Below are positions 37,113 to 52,500 of a stretch of DNA of 64,000 nt, in pieces. The stretch's first letter is position 1; every line of letters starts with the position of its first letter. Both the position numbers and the translations under genes were made by a program. The notes below the pieces were generated by a model that saw nothing but the letters and a program-made list of their open reading frames with translations, had not been told where the DNA came from and made no database searches. The stretch comes from Euprymna scolopes. Taxonomy: Eukaryota. The stretch is taken from assembly GCA_053919585.1 (NCBI GenBank), contig CM132825.1; one strand, 5' to 3'.

Positions 37113-37524
37113 GAGTCTTTAATCCATGTTTTAATCTTGTAACCATAAATCAATTCTTGATTATAAGGGAACGAAAATGTTCTTAGACACTTGTTCATAG
37201 TTAAAGAAATCCTGGAGAATTTGGTTTTAAAGTAGAAACAGAAAGGGCCACCTTGAGAAAGGAATGATAGCCATTTTTTATGACATTAAATTGCCAAAGA
37301 ATATTGACAGAGGAATAACAATTTCTTTTGTGGCAGAGAATAAAATTACAACAAAATATTTCTTTTGTTATCTGATTTTGCTTGTGTTGCTCACCAGTTT
37401 GTGCAAATCATTTTGGCATAAGTTGTTCAGATTTTTATATTTTCTTAATAATTTAAATAGATATAATTTCATAATGTCCAGTGGATATCCAGGTAGAGTT
37501 TGTAAGTTGTTGCTTCCGGTGGAC
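37113..37524. repeat. Partial linker A copy 3 inside the 38-mer array
   Basis: Appears identical to 33485-33896 (offset 3628). Confidence 0.97.
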
Positions 37525-40500
37525 TTCAGCAAGAGATGATAAGCTGTTGTGTCCAATCTACATTCAACAAGAGATGATAAGCTGTTGTGTCCAATCTACA
37601 TTCAGCAAGAGATGATAAGCTGTTGTGTCCAATCTACATTCAACAAGAGATGATAAGCTGTTGTGTCCAATCTACATTCAACAAGAGATGATAAGCTGTT
37701 GTGTCCAATCTACATTCAACAAGAGATGATAAGCTGTTGTGTCCAATCTACATTCAACAAGAGATGATAAGCTGTTGTGTCCAATCTACATTCAGCAAGA
37801 GATGATAAGCTGTTGTGTCCAATCTACATTCAACAAGAGATGATAAGCTGTTGTGTCCAGTCTACATTCAGCAAGAGATGATAAGCTGTTGTGTCCAATC
37901 TACATTCAACAAGAGATGATAAGCTGTTGTGTCCAATCTACATTCAACAAGAGATGATAAGCTGTTGTGTCCAATCTACATTCAACAAGAGATGATAAGC
38001 TGTTGTGTCCAATCTACATTCAGCAAGAGATGATAAGCTGCTGTGTCCAATCTACATTCAACAAGAGATGATAAGCTGTTGTGTCCAATCTACATTCAAC
38101 AAGAGATGATAAGCTGTTGTGTCCAATCTACATTCAGCAAGAGATGAAAAGCTGTTGTGTCCAATCTACATTCAGCAAGAGATGATAAGCTGTTGTGTCC
38201 AGTCTACATTCAACAAGAGATGATAAGCTGTTGTGTCCAGTCTACATTCAACAAGAGATGATAAGCTGTTGTGTCCAGTCTACATTCAACAAGAGATGAT
38301 AAGCTGTTGTGTCCAGTCTACATTCAGCAAGAGATGATAAGCTGTTGTGTCCAGTCTACATTCAGCAAGAGATGATAAGCTGTTGTGTCCAGTCTACATT
38401 CAGCAAGAGATGATAAGCTGTTGTGTCCAGTCTACATTCAGCAAGAGATGATAAGCTGTTGTGTCCAATCTACATTCAACAAGAGATGATAAGCTGTTGT
38501 GTCCAATCTACATTCAGCAAGAGATGATAAGCTGTTGTGTCCAATCTACATTCAACAAGAGATGATAAGCTGTTGTGTCCAATCTACATTCAACAAGAGA
38601 TGATAAGCTGTTGTGTCCAATCTACATTCAACAAGAGATGATAAGCTGTTGTGTCCAATCTACATTCAACAAGACTTGATAAGCTGTTGTGTCCAATCTA
38701 CATTCAGCAAGAGATGATAAGCTGCTGTGTCCAATCTACATTCAACAAGAGATGATAAGCTGTTGTGTCCAATCTACATTCAACAAGAGATGATAAGCTG
38801 TTGTGTCCAATCTACATTCAGCAAGAGATGAAAAGCTGTTGTGTCTAGTCTACATTCAGTAAGAGATGATAAGCTGTTGTCTCCAGTCTACATTCAACAA
38901 GAGATGATAAGCTGTTGTGTCCAGTCTACATTCAACAGGAGATGATAAGCTGTTGTGTCCAGTCTACATTCAACAAGAGATGATAAGCTGTTGTGTCCAG
39001 TCTACATTCAGCAAGAGATGATAAGCTGTTGTGTCCAGTCTACATTCAGCAAGAGATGATAAGCTGTTGTGTCCAGTCTACATTCAGCAAGAGATTATAA
39101 GCTGTTGTGTCCAGTCTACATTCAGCAAGAGATGATAAGCTGTTGTGTCCAATCTACATTCAACAAGAGATGATAAGCTGTTGTGTCCAATCTACATTCA
39201 GCAAGAGATGATAAGCTGTTGTGTCCAATCTACATTCAACAAGAGATGATAAGCTGTTGTGTCCAATCTACATTCAACAAGAGATGATAAGCTGTTGTGT
39301 CCAATCTACATTCAGCAAGAGATGATAAGCTGTTGTGTCCAGTCTACATTCAACAAGAGATGATAAGCTGTTGTGTCTAATCTACATTCAGCAAGAGATG
39401 ATAAGCTGTTGTGTCCAATCTACATTCAACAAGAGATGATAAGCTGTTGTGTCCAATCTACATTCAGCAAGAGATGATAAGCTGTTGTGTCCAATCTACA
39501 TTCAACAAGAGATGATAAGCTGTTGTGTCCAGTCTACATTCAACAAGAGATGATAAGCTGTTGTGTCCAGTCTACATTCAACAAAAGATGATAAGCTGTT
39601 GTGTCCAGTCTACATTCAACAAGAGATGATAAGCTGTTGTGTCCAGTCTACATTCAGCAAGAGATGATAAGCTGTTGTGTCCAGTCTACATTCAGCAAGA
39701 GATCATAAGCTGTTGTGTCCAGTCTACATTCAGCAAGAGATGATAAGCTGTTGTGTCCAGTCTACATTCAGCAAGAGATGATAAGCTGTTGTGTCCAGTC
39801 TACATTCAGCAAGAGATGATAAGCTGTTGTGTCCAATCTACATTCAACAAGAGATGATAAGCTGTTGTGTCCAATCTACATTCAACAAGAGATGATAAGC
39901 TGTTGTGTCCAATCTACATTCAGCAAGAGATGATAAGCTGTTGTGTCCAATCTACATTCAACAAGAGATGATAAGCTGTTGTGTCCAGTCTACATTCAGC
40001 AAGAGATGATAAGCTGTTGTGTCCAATCTACATTCAACAAGAGATGATAAGCTGTTGTGTCCAATCTACATTCAACAAGAGATGATAAGCTGTTGTGTCC
40101 AATCTACATTCAACAAGAGATGATAAGCTGTTGTGTCCAATCTACATTCAGCAAGAGATGATAAGCTGTTGTGTCAAATCTACATTCAACAAGAGATGAC
40201 AAGCTGTTGTGTCCAATCTACATTCAACAAGAGATGATAAGCTGTTGTGTCCAATCTACATTCAGCAAGAGATGATAAGCTGTAGTGTCCAATCTACATT
40301 CAACAGGGAATGATAAGCTGTTGTGTCCAGTCTACATTCAACAAGAGATGATAAGCTGTTGTGTCCAGTCTACATTCAACAAGAGATGATAAGCTGTTGT
40401 GTCCAGTCTACATTCAGCAAGAGATGATAAGCTGTTGTGTCCAATCTACATTCAGCAAGAGATGATAAGCTGTTGTGTCCAATCTACATTCAACAAGAGA

Positions 40501-43500
40501 TGATAAGCTGTTGTGTCCAATCTACATTCAACAAGAGATGATAAGCTGTTGTGTCCAGTCTACATTCAGCAAGAGATGATAAGCTGTTGTGTCCAATCTA
40601 CATTCAACAAGAGATGATAAGCTGTTGTGTCCAATCTACATTCAACAAGAGATGATAAGCTGTTGTGTCCAATCTACATTCAGCAAGAGATGATAAGCTG
40701 TTGTGTCCAATCTACATTCAACAAGAGATGATAAGCTGTTGTGTCCAGTCTACATTCAGCAAGAGATGATAAGCTGTTGTGTCCAATCTACATTTAACAA
40801 GAGATGATAAGCTGTTGTGTCCAATCTACATTCAGCAAGAGATGATAAGCTGTTGTGTCCAATCTACATTCAACAAGAGATGATAAGCTGTTGTGTCCAA
40901 TCTACATTCAACAAGAGATGATAAGCTGTTGTGTTCAGTCTACATTCAGCAAGAGATGATAAGCTGTTGTGTCCAGTCTACATTCAGCAAGAGATGATAA
41001 GCTGTTGTGTCCAGTCTACATTCAGCAAGAGATGATAAGCTGTTGTGTCCAATCTACATTCAGCAAGAGATGATAAGCTGTTGTGTCCAATCTACATTCA
41101 GCAAGAGATGATAAGCTGTTGTGTCCAATCTACATTCAACAAGAGATGATAAGCTGTTGTGTCCAATCTACATTCAGCAAGAGATGATAAGCTGTTGTGT
41201 CCAATCTACATTCAACAAGAGATGATAAGCTGTTGTGTCCAATCTACATTCAACAAGAGATGATAAGCTGTTGTGTCCAGTCTACATTCAGCAAGAGATG
41301 ATAAGCTGTTGTGTCCAGTCTACATTCAGCAAGAGATGATAAGCTGTTGTGTCCAGTCTACATTCAGCAAGAGATGATAAGCTGTTGTGTCCAATCTACA
41401 TTCAACAAGAGATGATAAGCTGTTGTGTCCAATCTACATTCAACAAGAGATGATAAGCTGTTGTGTCCAATCTACATTCAGCAAGAGATGATAAGCTGTT
41501 GTGTCCAATCTACATTCAACAAGAGATGATAAGCTGTTGTGTCCAGTCTACATTCAGCAAGAGATGATAAGCTGTTGTGTCCAATCTACATTCAACAAGA
41601 GATGATAAGCTGTTGTGTCCAATCTACATTCAACAAGAGATGATAAGCTGTTGTGTCCAATCTACATTCAACAAGAGATGATAAGCTGTTGTGTCCAATC
41701 TACATTCAGCAAGAGATGATAAGCTGTTGTGTCCAATCTACATTCAACTTGAGATAGCAAGCTGTTGTGTCCAATCTACATTCAACAAGAGATGATAAGC
41801 TGTTGTGTCCAATCTACATTCAGCAAGAGATGATAAGCTGTTGTGTCCAATCTACATTCAACAGGAGATGATAAGCTGTTGTGTCCAGTCTACATTCAAC
41901 AAGAGATGATAAGCTGTTGTGTCTAGTCTACATTCAACAAGAGATGATAAGCTGTTGTGTCCAGTCTACATTCAACAAGAGATGATAAGCTGTTGTGTCC
42001 AGTCTACATTCAGCAAGAGATGATAAGCTGTTGTGTCCAGTCTACATTCAGCAAGAGATGATAAGCTGTTGTGTCCAGTCTACATTCAGCAAGAGATGAT
42101 AAGCTGTTGTGTCCAATCTACATTCAACAAGAGATGATAAGCTGTTGTGTCCAATCTACATTCAACAAGAGATGATAAGCTGTTGTGTCCAATCTACATT
42201 CAGCAAGAGATGATAAGCTGTTGTGTCCAATCTACATTCAGCAAGAGATGATAAGCTGTTGTGTCCAATCTACATTCAGCAAGAGATGATAAGCTGTTGT
42301 GTCCAATCTACATTAAACAAGAGAGGATAAGCTGTTGTGTCCAATCTACATTCAACAAGAGATGATAAGCTGTTGTGTCCAATCTACATTCAGCAAGAGA
42401 TGATAAGCTGTTGTGTCTAATCTACATTCAACAAGAGATGATAAGCTGTTGTGTCCAATCTACATTCAACAAGAGATGATAAGCTGTTGTGTCCAATCTA
42501 CATTCAGCAAGAGATGATAAGCTGTTGTGTCCAATCTACATTCAGCAAGAGATGATAAGCTGTTGTGTCCAATCTACATTCAGCAAGAGATGATAAGCTG
42601 TTGTGTCCAATCTACATTCAACAAGAGATGATAAGCTTTTGTGTCCAATCTACATTCAACAAGAGATGATAAGCTGTTGTGTCCAGTCTACATTCAGCAA
42701 GAGATGATAAGCTGTTGTGTCCAATCTACATTCAACAAGAGATGATAAGCTGTTGTGTCCAATCTACATTCAACAAGAGATGATAAGCTGTTGTGTCCAA
42801 TCTACATTCAGCAAGAGATGATAAGCTGTTGTGTCCAATATACATTCAACAAGAGATGATAAGCTGTTGTGTCCAGTCTACATTCAGCAAGAGATGATAA
42901 GCTGTTGTGTCCAATCTACATTTAACAAGAGATGATAAGCTGTTGTGTCCAATCTACATTCAGCAAGAGATGATAAGCTGTTGTGTCCAATCTACATTCA
43001 ACAAGAGATGATAAGCTGTTGTGTCCAATCTACATTCAACAAGAGATGATAAGCTGTTGTGTCCAGTCTACATTCAGCAAGAGATGATAAGCTGTTGTGT
43101 CCAGTCTACATTCAGCAAGAGATGATAAGCTGTTGTGTCCAGTCTACATTCAGCAAGAGATGATAAGCTGTTGTGTCCAATCTACATTCAGCAAGAGATG
43201 ATAAGCTGTTGTGTCCAATCTACATTCAGCAAGAGATGATAAGCTGTTGTGTCCAATCTACATTCAACAAGAGATGATAAGCTGTTGTGTCCAATCTACA
43301 TTCAACAAGAGATGATAAGCTGTTGTGTCCAGTCTACATTCAGCAAGAGATGATAAGCTGTTGTGTCCAGTCTACATTCAGCAAGAGATGATAAGCTGTT
43401 GTGTCCAGTCTACATTCAGCAAGAGATTATAAGCTGTTGTGTCCAATCTACATTCAACAAGAGATGATAAGCTGTTGTGTCCAGTCTACATTCAGCAAGA

Positions 43501-46500
43501 GATGATAAGCTGTTGTGTCCAATCTACATTCAACAAGAGATGATAAGCTGTTGTGTCCAATCTACATTCAACAAGAGATGATAAGCTGTTGTGTCCAATC
43601 TACATTCAGCAAGAGATGATAAGCTGTTGTGTCCAATCTACATTCAACAAGAGATGATAAGCTGTTGTGTCCAGTCTACATTCAGCAAGAGATGATAAGC
43701 TGTTGTGTCCAATCTACATTTAACAAGAGATGATAAGCTGTTGTGTCCAATCTACATTCAGCAAGAGATGATAAGCTGTTGTGTCCAATCTACATTCAAC
43801 AAGAGATGATAAGCTGTTGTGTCCAATCTACATTCAACAAGAGATGATAAGCTGTTGTGTTCAGTCTACATTCAGCAAGAGATGATAAGCTGTTGTGTCC
43901 AGTCTACATTCAGCAAGAGATGATAAGCTGTTGTGTCCAGTCTACATTCAGCAAGAGATGATAAGCTGTTGTGTCCAATCTACATTCAGCAAGAGATGAT
44001 AAGCTGTTGTGTCCAATCTACATTCAGCAAGAGATGATAAGCTGTTGTGTCCAATCTACATTCAACAAGAGATGATAAGCTGTTGTGTCCAATCTACATT
44101 CAGCAAGAGATGATAAGCTGTTGTGTCCAATCTACATTCAACAAGAGATGATAAGCTGTTGTGTCCAATCTACATTCAACAAGAGATGATAAGCTGTTGT
44201 GTCCAGTCTACATTCAGCAAGAGATGATAAGCTGTTGTGTCCAGTCTACATTCAGCAAGAGATGATAAGCTGTTGTGTCCAGTCTACATTCAGCAAGAGA
44301 TGATAAGCTGTTGTGTCCAATCTACATTCAACAAGAGATGATAAGCTGTTGTGTCCAATCTACATTCAACAAGAGATGATAAGCTGTTGTGTCCAATCTA
44401 CATTCAGCAAGAGATGATAAGCTGTTGTGTCCAATCTACATTCAACAAGAGATGATAAGCTGTTGTGTCCAGTCTACATTCAGCAAGAGATGATAAGCTG
44501 TTGTGTCCAATCTACATTCAACAAGAGATGATAAGCTGTTGTGTCCAATCTACATTCAACAAGAGATGATAAGCTGTTGTGTCCAATCTACATTCAACAA
44601 GAGATGATAAGCTGTTGTGTCCAATCTACATTCAGCAAGAGATGATAAGCTGTTGTGTCCAATCTACATTCAACTTGAGATAGCAAGCTGTTGTGTCCAA
44701 TCTACATTCAACAAGAGATGATAAGCTGTTGTGTCCAATCTACATTCAGCAAGAGATGATAAGCTGTTGTGTCCAATCTACATTCAACAGGAGATGATAA
44801 GCTGTTGTGTCCAGTCTACATTCAACAAGAGATGATAAGCTGTTGTGTCTAGTCTACATTCAACAAGAGATGATAAGCTGTTGTGTCCAGTCTACATTCA
44901 ACAAGAGATGATAAGCTGTTGTGTCCAGTCTACATTCAGCAAGAGATGATAAGCTGTTGTGTCCAGTCTACATTCAGCAAGAGATGATAAGCTGTTGTGT
45001 CCAGTCTACATTCAGCAAGAGATGATAAGCTGTTGTGTCCAATCTACATTCAACAAGAGATGATAAGCTGTTGTGTCCAATCTACATTCAACAAGAGATG
45101 ATAAGCTGTTGTGTCCAATCTACATTCAGCAAGAGATGATAAGCTGTTGTGTCCAATCTACATTCAGCAAGAGATGATAAGCTGTTGTGTCCAATCTACA
45201 TTCAGCAAGAGATGATAAGCTGTTGTGTCCAATCTACATTAAACAAGAGAGGATAAGCTGTTGTGTCCAATCTACATTCAACAAGAGATGATAAGCTGTT
45301 GTGTCCAATCTACATTCAGCAAGAGATGATAAGCTGTTGTGTATAATCTACATTCAACAAGAGATGATAAGCTGTTGTGTCCAATCTACATTCAACAAGA
45401 GATGATAAGCTGTTGTGTCCAATCTACATTCAGCAAGAGATGATAAGCTGTTGTGTCCAATCTACATTCAGCAAGAGATGATAAGCTGTTGTGTCCAATC
45501 TACATTCAGCAAGAGATGATAAGCTGTTGTGTCCAATCTACATTCAACAAGAGATGATAAGCTTTTGTGTCCAATCTACATTCAACAAGAGATGATAAGC
45601 TGTTGTGTCCAGTCTACATTCAGCAAGAGATGATAAGCTGTTGTGTCCAATCTACATTCAACAAGAGATGATAAGCTGTTGTGTCCAATCTACATTCAAC
45701 AAGAGATGATAAGCTGTTGTGTCCAATCTACATTCAGCAAGAGATGATAAGCTGTTGTGTCCAATATACATTCAACAAGAGATGATAAGCTGTTGTGTCC
45801 AGTCTACATTCAGCAAGAGATGATAAGCTGTTGTGTCCAATCTACATTTAACAAGAGATGATAAGCTGTTGTGTCCAATCTACATTCAGCAAGAGATGAT
45901 AAGCTGTTGTGTCCAATCTACATTCAACAAGAGATGATAAGCTGTTGTGTCCAATCTACATTCAACAAGAGATGATAAGCTGTTGTGTCCAGTCTACATT
46001 CAGCAAGAGATGATAAGCTGTTGTGTCCAGTCTACATTCAGCAAGAGATGATAAGCTGTTGTGTCCAGTCTACATTCAGCAAGAGATGATAAGCTGTTGT
46101 GTCCAATCTACATTCAGCAAGAGATGATAAGCTGTTGTGTCCAATCTACATTCAGCAAGAGATGATAAGCTGTTGTGTCCAATCTACATTCAACAAGAGA
46201 TGATAAGCTGTTGTGTCCAATCTACATTCAACAAGAGATGATAAGCTGTTGTGTCCAGTCTACATTCAGCAAGAGATGATAAGCTGTTGTGTCCAGTCTA
46301 CATTCAGCAAGAGATGATAAGCTGTTGTGTCCAGTCTACATTCAGCAAGAGATTATAAGCTGTTGTGTCCAATCTACATTCAACAAGAGATGATAAGCTG
46401 TTGTGTCCAATCTACATTCAACAAGAGATGATAAGCTGTTGTGTCCAATCTACATTCAGCAAGAGATGATAAGCTGTTGTGTCCAATCTACATTCAGCAA

Positions 46501-49500
46501 GAGATGATAAGCTGTTGTGTCCAGTCTACATTCAGCAAGAGATGATAAGCTGTTGTGTCCAATCTACATTCAACAAGAGATGATAAGCTGTTGTGTCCAA
46601 TCTACATTCAACAAGAGATGATAAGCTGTTGTGTCCAATCTACATTCAACAAGAGATGATAAGCTGTTGTGTCCAATCTACATTCAGCAAGAGATGATAA
46701 GCTGTTGTGTCCAATCTACATTCAACTTGAGATGACAAGCTGTTGTGTCCAATCTACATTCAACAAGAGATGATAAGCTGTTGTGTCCAATCTACATTCA
46801 GCAAGAGATGATAAGCTGTTGTGTCCAATCTACATTCAACAGGAGATGATAAGCTGTTGTGTCCTATCTACATTCAACAAGAGATGATAAGCTGTTGTGT
46901 CCAATCTACATTCAACAAGAGATGATAAGCTGTTGTGTCCAGTCATCATTCAGCAAGAGATGATAAGCTGTTGTGTCCAGTCTACATTCAGCAAGAGATG
47001 ATAAGCTGTTGTGTCCAATCTACATTCAACAAGAGATGATAAGCTGTTGTGTCCAATCTACATCCCAGCAAGAGATGATAAGCTGTTGTGTCCAATCTAC
47101 ATTCAACAAGAGATGATAAGCTGTTGTGTCCAATCTACATTCAACAAGAGATGAGAGGCTGTTGTGTCCAATCTACATTCAGCAAGAGATGATAAGCTGT
47201 TGTGTCCAGTCTACATTCAACAAGAGATGATAAGCTGTTGTGTCTAATCTACATTCAGCAAGAGATGATAAGCTGTTGTGTCCAATCTACATTCAACAAG
47301 AGATGATAAGCTGTTGTGTCCAATCTACATTCAACGAGAGATGATAAGCTGTTGTGTCCAATCTACATTCAGCAAGAGATGATAAGCTGTTGTGTCCAAT
47401 CTACATTCAACAAGAGATGATAAGCTGTTGTGTCCAGTCTACATTCAACAAGAGATGATAAGCTGTTGTGTCCAGTCTACATTCAACAAGAGATGATAAG
47501 CTGTTGTGTCCAGTCTACATTCAACAAGAGATGATAAGATGTTGTGTCCAGTCTACATTCAGCAAGAGATGATAAGCTGTTGTGTGCAGTCTACATTCAG
47601 CAAGAGATGATAAGCTGTTGTGTCCAGTCTACATTAAGCAAGAGATGATAAGCTGTTGTGTCCAGTCTACATTCAGCAGGAGATGATAAGCTGTTGTGTC
47701 CAGTCTACATTCAGCAAGAGATGATAAGCTGTTGTGTCCAATCTACATTCAACAAGAGATGATAAGCTGTTGTGTCCAATCTACATTCAACAAGAGATGA
47801 TAAGCTGTTGTGTTCAATCTACATTCAGCAAGAGATTATAAGCTGTTGTGTCCAATCTACATTCAACAAGAGATGATAAGCTGTTGTGTCCAGTCTACAT
47901 TAAGCAAGGGATGATAAGCTGTTGTGTCCAATCTACATTCAACAAGAGATGATAAGCTGTTGTGTCCAATCTACATTCAACAAGAGATGATAAGCTGTTG
48001 TGTCCAATCTACATTCAACAAGAGATGATAAGCTGTTGTGTCCAATCTACATTCAGCAAGAGATGATAAGCTGTTGTGTCCAATCTACATTCAACAAGAG
48101 ATCACAAGCTGTTGTGTCCAATCTACATCCAACAAGAGATGATAAGCTGTTGTGTCCAATCTACATTCAGCAAGAGATGATAAGCTGTTGTGTCCAATCT
48201 ACATTCAACAGGAGATGATAAGCTGTTGTGTCCAGTCTACATTCAACAAAACATGATAAGCTGTTGTGTCCAGTCTACATTCAACAAGAGATGATAAGCT
48301 GTTGTGTCCAGTCTACATTCAACAAAAGATGATAAGCTGTTGTGTCCAGTCTACATTCAACAAGAGATGATAAGCTGTTGTGTCCAGTCTACATTCAGCA
48401 AGAGATGATAAGCTGTTGTGTCCAGTCTACATTCAGCAAGAGATGATAAGCTGTTGTGTCCAGTCTACATTCAGCAAGAGATGATAAGCTGTTGTGTCCA
48501 GTCTACACTCAGCAAGAGATGATAAGCTCTTGTGTCCAGTCTACATTCAGCAAGAGATGATAAGCTGTTGTGTCCAATCTACATTCAACAAGAGATGGTA
48601 AGCTGTTGTGTCCAATCTACATTCAACAAGAGATGATAAGCTGTTGTGTCCAATCTACATTCAGCAAGAGATGATAAGCTGTTGTGTCCAATCTACATTC
48701 AACAAGAGATGATAAGCTGTTGTGTCCAGTCTACATTCAGCAAGAGATGATAAGCTGTTGTGTCCAATCTACATTCAACAAGAGATGATAAGCTGTTGTG
48801 TCCAATCTACATTCAACAAGAGATGATAAGCTGTTGTGTCCAATCTACATTCAACAAGAGATGATAAGCTGTTGTGTCCAATCTACATTCAGCAAGAGAT
48901 GATAAGCTGTTGTGTCCAATCTACATTCAACAAGAGATGACAAGCTGTTGTGTCCAATCTACATTCAACAAGAGATGATAAGCTGTTGTGTCCAATCTAC
49001 ATTCAGCAAGAGATGATAAGCTGTAGTGTCCAATCTACATTCAACAGGGAATGATAAGCTGTTGTGTCCAGTCTACATTCAACAAGAGATGATAAGCTGT
49101 TGTGTCCAGTCTACATTCAACAAGAGATGATAAGCTGTTGTGTCCAGTCTACATTCAACAAGAGATGATAAGCTGTTGTGTCCAATCTACATTCAGCAAG
49201 AGATGATAAGCTGTTGTGTCCAATCTACATTCAACAAGAGATGATAAGCTGTTGTGTCCAATCTACATTCAACAAGAGATGATAAGCTGTTGTGTCCAGT
49301 CTACATTCAGCAAGAGATGATAAGCTGTTGTGTCCAATCTACATTCAACAAGAGATGATAAGCTGTTGTGTCCAATCTACATTCAACAAGAGATGATAAG
49401 CTGTTGTGTCCAATCTACATTCAGCAAGAGATGATAAGCTGTTGTGTCCAATCTACATTCAACAAGAGATGATAAGCTGTTGTGTCCAGTCTACATTCAG

Positions 49501-52500
49501 CAAGAGATGATAAGCTGTTGTGTCCAATCTACATTTAACAAGAGATGATAAGCTGTTGTGTCCAATCTACATTCAGCAAGAGATGATAAGCTGTTGTGTC
49601 CAATCTACATTCAACAAGAGATGATAAGCTGTTGTGTCCAATCTACATTCAACAAGAGATGATAAGCTGTTGTGTTCAGTCTACATTCAGCAAGAGATGA
49701 TAAGCTGTTGTGTCCAGTCTACATTCAGCAAGAGATGATAAGCTGTTGTGTCCAGTCTACATTCAGCAAGAGATGATAAGCTGTTGTGTCCAATCTACAT
49801 TCAGCAAGAGATGATAAGCTGTTGTGTCCAATCTACATTCAGCAAGAGATGATAAGCTGTTGTGTCCAATCTACATTCAACAAGAGATGATAAGCTGTTG
49901 TGTCCAATCTACATTCAGCAAGAGATGATAAGCTGTTGTGTCCAATCTACAATCAACAAGAGATGATAAGCTGTTGTGTCCAATCTACATTCAACAAGAG
50001 ATGATAAGCTGTTGTGTCCAGTCTACATTCAGCAAGAGATGATAAGCTGTTGTGTCCAGTCTACATTCAGCAAGAGATGATAAGCTGTTGTGTCCAGTCT
50101 ACATTCAGCAAGAGATGATAAGCTGTTGTGTCCAATCTACATTCAACAAGAGATGATAAGCTGTTGTGTCCAGTCTACATTCAGCAAGAGATGATAAGCT
50201 GTTGTGTCCAATCTACATTCAACAAGAGATGATAAGCTGTTGTGTCACATCTACATTCAACAAGATATGATAAGCTGTTGTGTCCAATCTACATTCAACA
50301 AGAGATGATAAGCTGTTGTGTCCAATCTACATTCAGCAAGAGATGATAAGCTGTTGTGTCCAATCTACATTCAACCTGAGATAGCAAGCTGTTGTGTCCA
50401 ATCTACATTCAACAAGAGATGATAAGCTGTTGTGTCCAATCTACATTCAGCAAGAGATGATAAGCTGTTGTGTCCAATCTACATTCAACAGGAGATGATA
50501 AGCTGTTGTGTCCAGTCTACATTCAACAAGAGATGATAAGCTGTTGTGTCTAGTCTACATTCAACAAGAGATGATAAGCTGTTGTGTCCAGTCTACATTC
50601 AACAAGAGATGATAAGCTGTTGTGTCCAGTCTACATTCAGCAAGAGATGATAAGCTGTTGTGTCCAGTCTACATTCAGCAAGAGATGATAAGCTGTTGTG
50701 TCCAGTCTACATTCAGCAAGAGATGATAAGCTGTTGTGTCCAATCTACATTCAACAAGAGATGATAAGCTGTTGTGTCCAATCTACATTCAACAAGAGAT
50801 GATAAGCTGTTGTGTCCAATCTACATTCAGCAAGAGATGATAAGCTGTTGTGTCCAATCTACATTCAGCAAGAGATGATAAGCTGTTGTGTCCAATCTAC
50901 ATTCAGCAAGAGATGATAAGCTGTTGTGTCCAATCTACATTCAACAAGAGATGATAAGCTGTTGTGTCCAATCTACATTCAACAAGAGATGATAAGCTGT
51001 TGTGTCCAATCTACATTCAGCGAGAGATGATAAGCTGTTGTGTCCAATCTACATTCAACAAGAGATGATAAGCTGTTGTGTCCAATCTACATTCAACAAG
51101 AGATGATAAGCTGTTGTGTCCAATCTACATTCAGCAAGAGATGATAAGCTGTTGTGTCCAATCTACATTCAGCAAGAGATGATAAGCTGTTGTGTCCAAT
51201 CTACATTCAGCAAGAGATGATAAGCTGTTGTGTCCAATCTACATTCAACAAGAGATGATAAGCTGTTGTGTCCAATCTACATTCAACAAGAGATGATAAG
51301 CTGTTGTGTCCAGTCTACATTCAGCAAGAGATGATAAGCTGTTGTGTCCAATCTACATTCAACAAGAGATGATAAGCTGTTGTGTCCAATCTACATTCAA
51401 CAAGAGATGATAAGCTGTTGTGTCCAATCTACATTCAGCAAGAGATGATAAGCTGTTGTGTCCAATATACATTCAACAAGAGATGATAAGCTGTTGTGTC
51501 CAGTCTACATTCAGCAAGAGATGATAAGCTGTTGTGTCCAATCTACATTTAACAAGAGATGATAAGCTGTTGTGTCCAATCTACATTCAGCAAGAGATGA
51601 TAAGCTGTTGTGTCCAATCTACATTCAACAAGAGATGATAAGCTGTTGTGTCCAATCTACATTCAACAAGAGATGATAAGCTGTTGTGTCCAGTCTACAT
51701 TCAGCAAGAGATGATAAGCTGTTGTGTCCAGTCTACATTCAGCAAGAGATGATAAGCTGTTGTGTCCAGTCTACATTCAACAAGAGATGATAAGCTGTTG
51801 TGTCCAATCTACATTCAGCAAGAGATGATAAGCTGTTGTGTCCAATCTACATTCAGCAAGAGATGATAAGCTGTTGTGTCCAATCTACATTCAACAAGAG
51901 ATGATAAGCTGTTGTGTCCAATCTACATTCAGCAAGAGATGATAAGCTGTTGTGTCCAATCTACATTCAACAAGAGATGATAAGCTGTTGTGTCCAATCT
52001 ACATTCAACAAGAGATGATAAGCTGTTGTGTCCAGTCTACATTCAGCAAGAGATGATAAGCTGTTGTGTCCAGTCTACATTCAGCAAGAGATAATAAGCT
52101 GTTGTGTCCAGTCTACATTCAGCAAGAGATTATAAGCTGTTGTGTCCAATCTACATTCAACAAGAGATGATAAGCTGTTGTGTCCAATCTACATTCAACA
52201 AGAGATGATAAGCTGTTGTGTCCAATCTACATTCAGCAAGAGATGATAAGCTGTTGTGTCCAATCTACATTCAACAAGAGATGATAAGCTGTTGTGTCCA
52301 GTCTACATTCAGCAGGAGATGATAAGCTGTTGTGTCCAATCTACATTCAACAAGAGATGATAAGCTGTTGTGTCCAATCTACATTCAACAAGAGATGATA
52401 AGCTGTTGTGTCCAATCTACATTCAACAAGAGATGATAAGCTGTTGTGTCCAATCTACATTCAGCAAGAGATGATAAGCTGTTGTGTCCAATCTACATTC

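Noticed and set aside
30312-37556. Triplicated 91-aa (+) and 62-aa (-) ORFs in linker A
   Set aside because: Short, overlapping on opposite strands, partly made of satellite sequence, deleted in cassette copy 1 and without a recognisable motif.
48000-48218. 72-aa ORF inside the 38-mer array
   Set aside because: Chance loss of a stop in one variant monomer (GATCACAAG).
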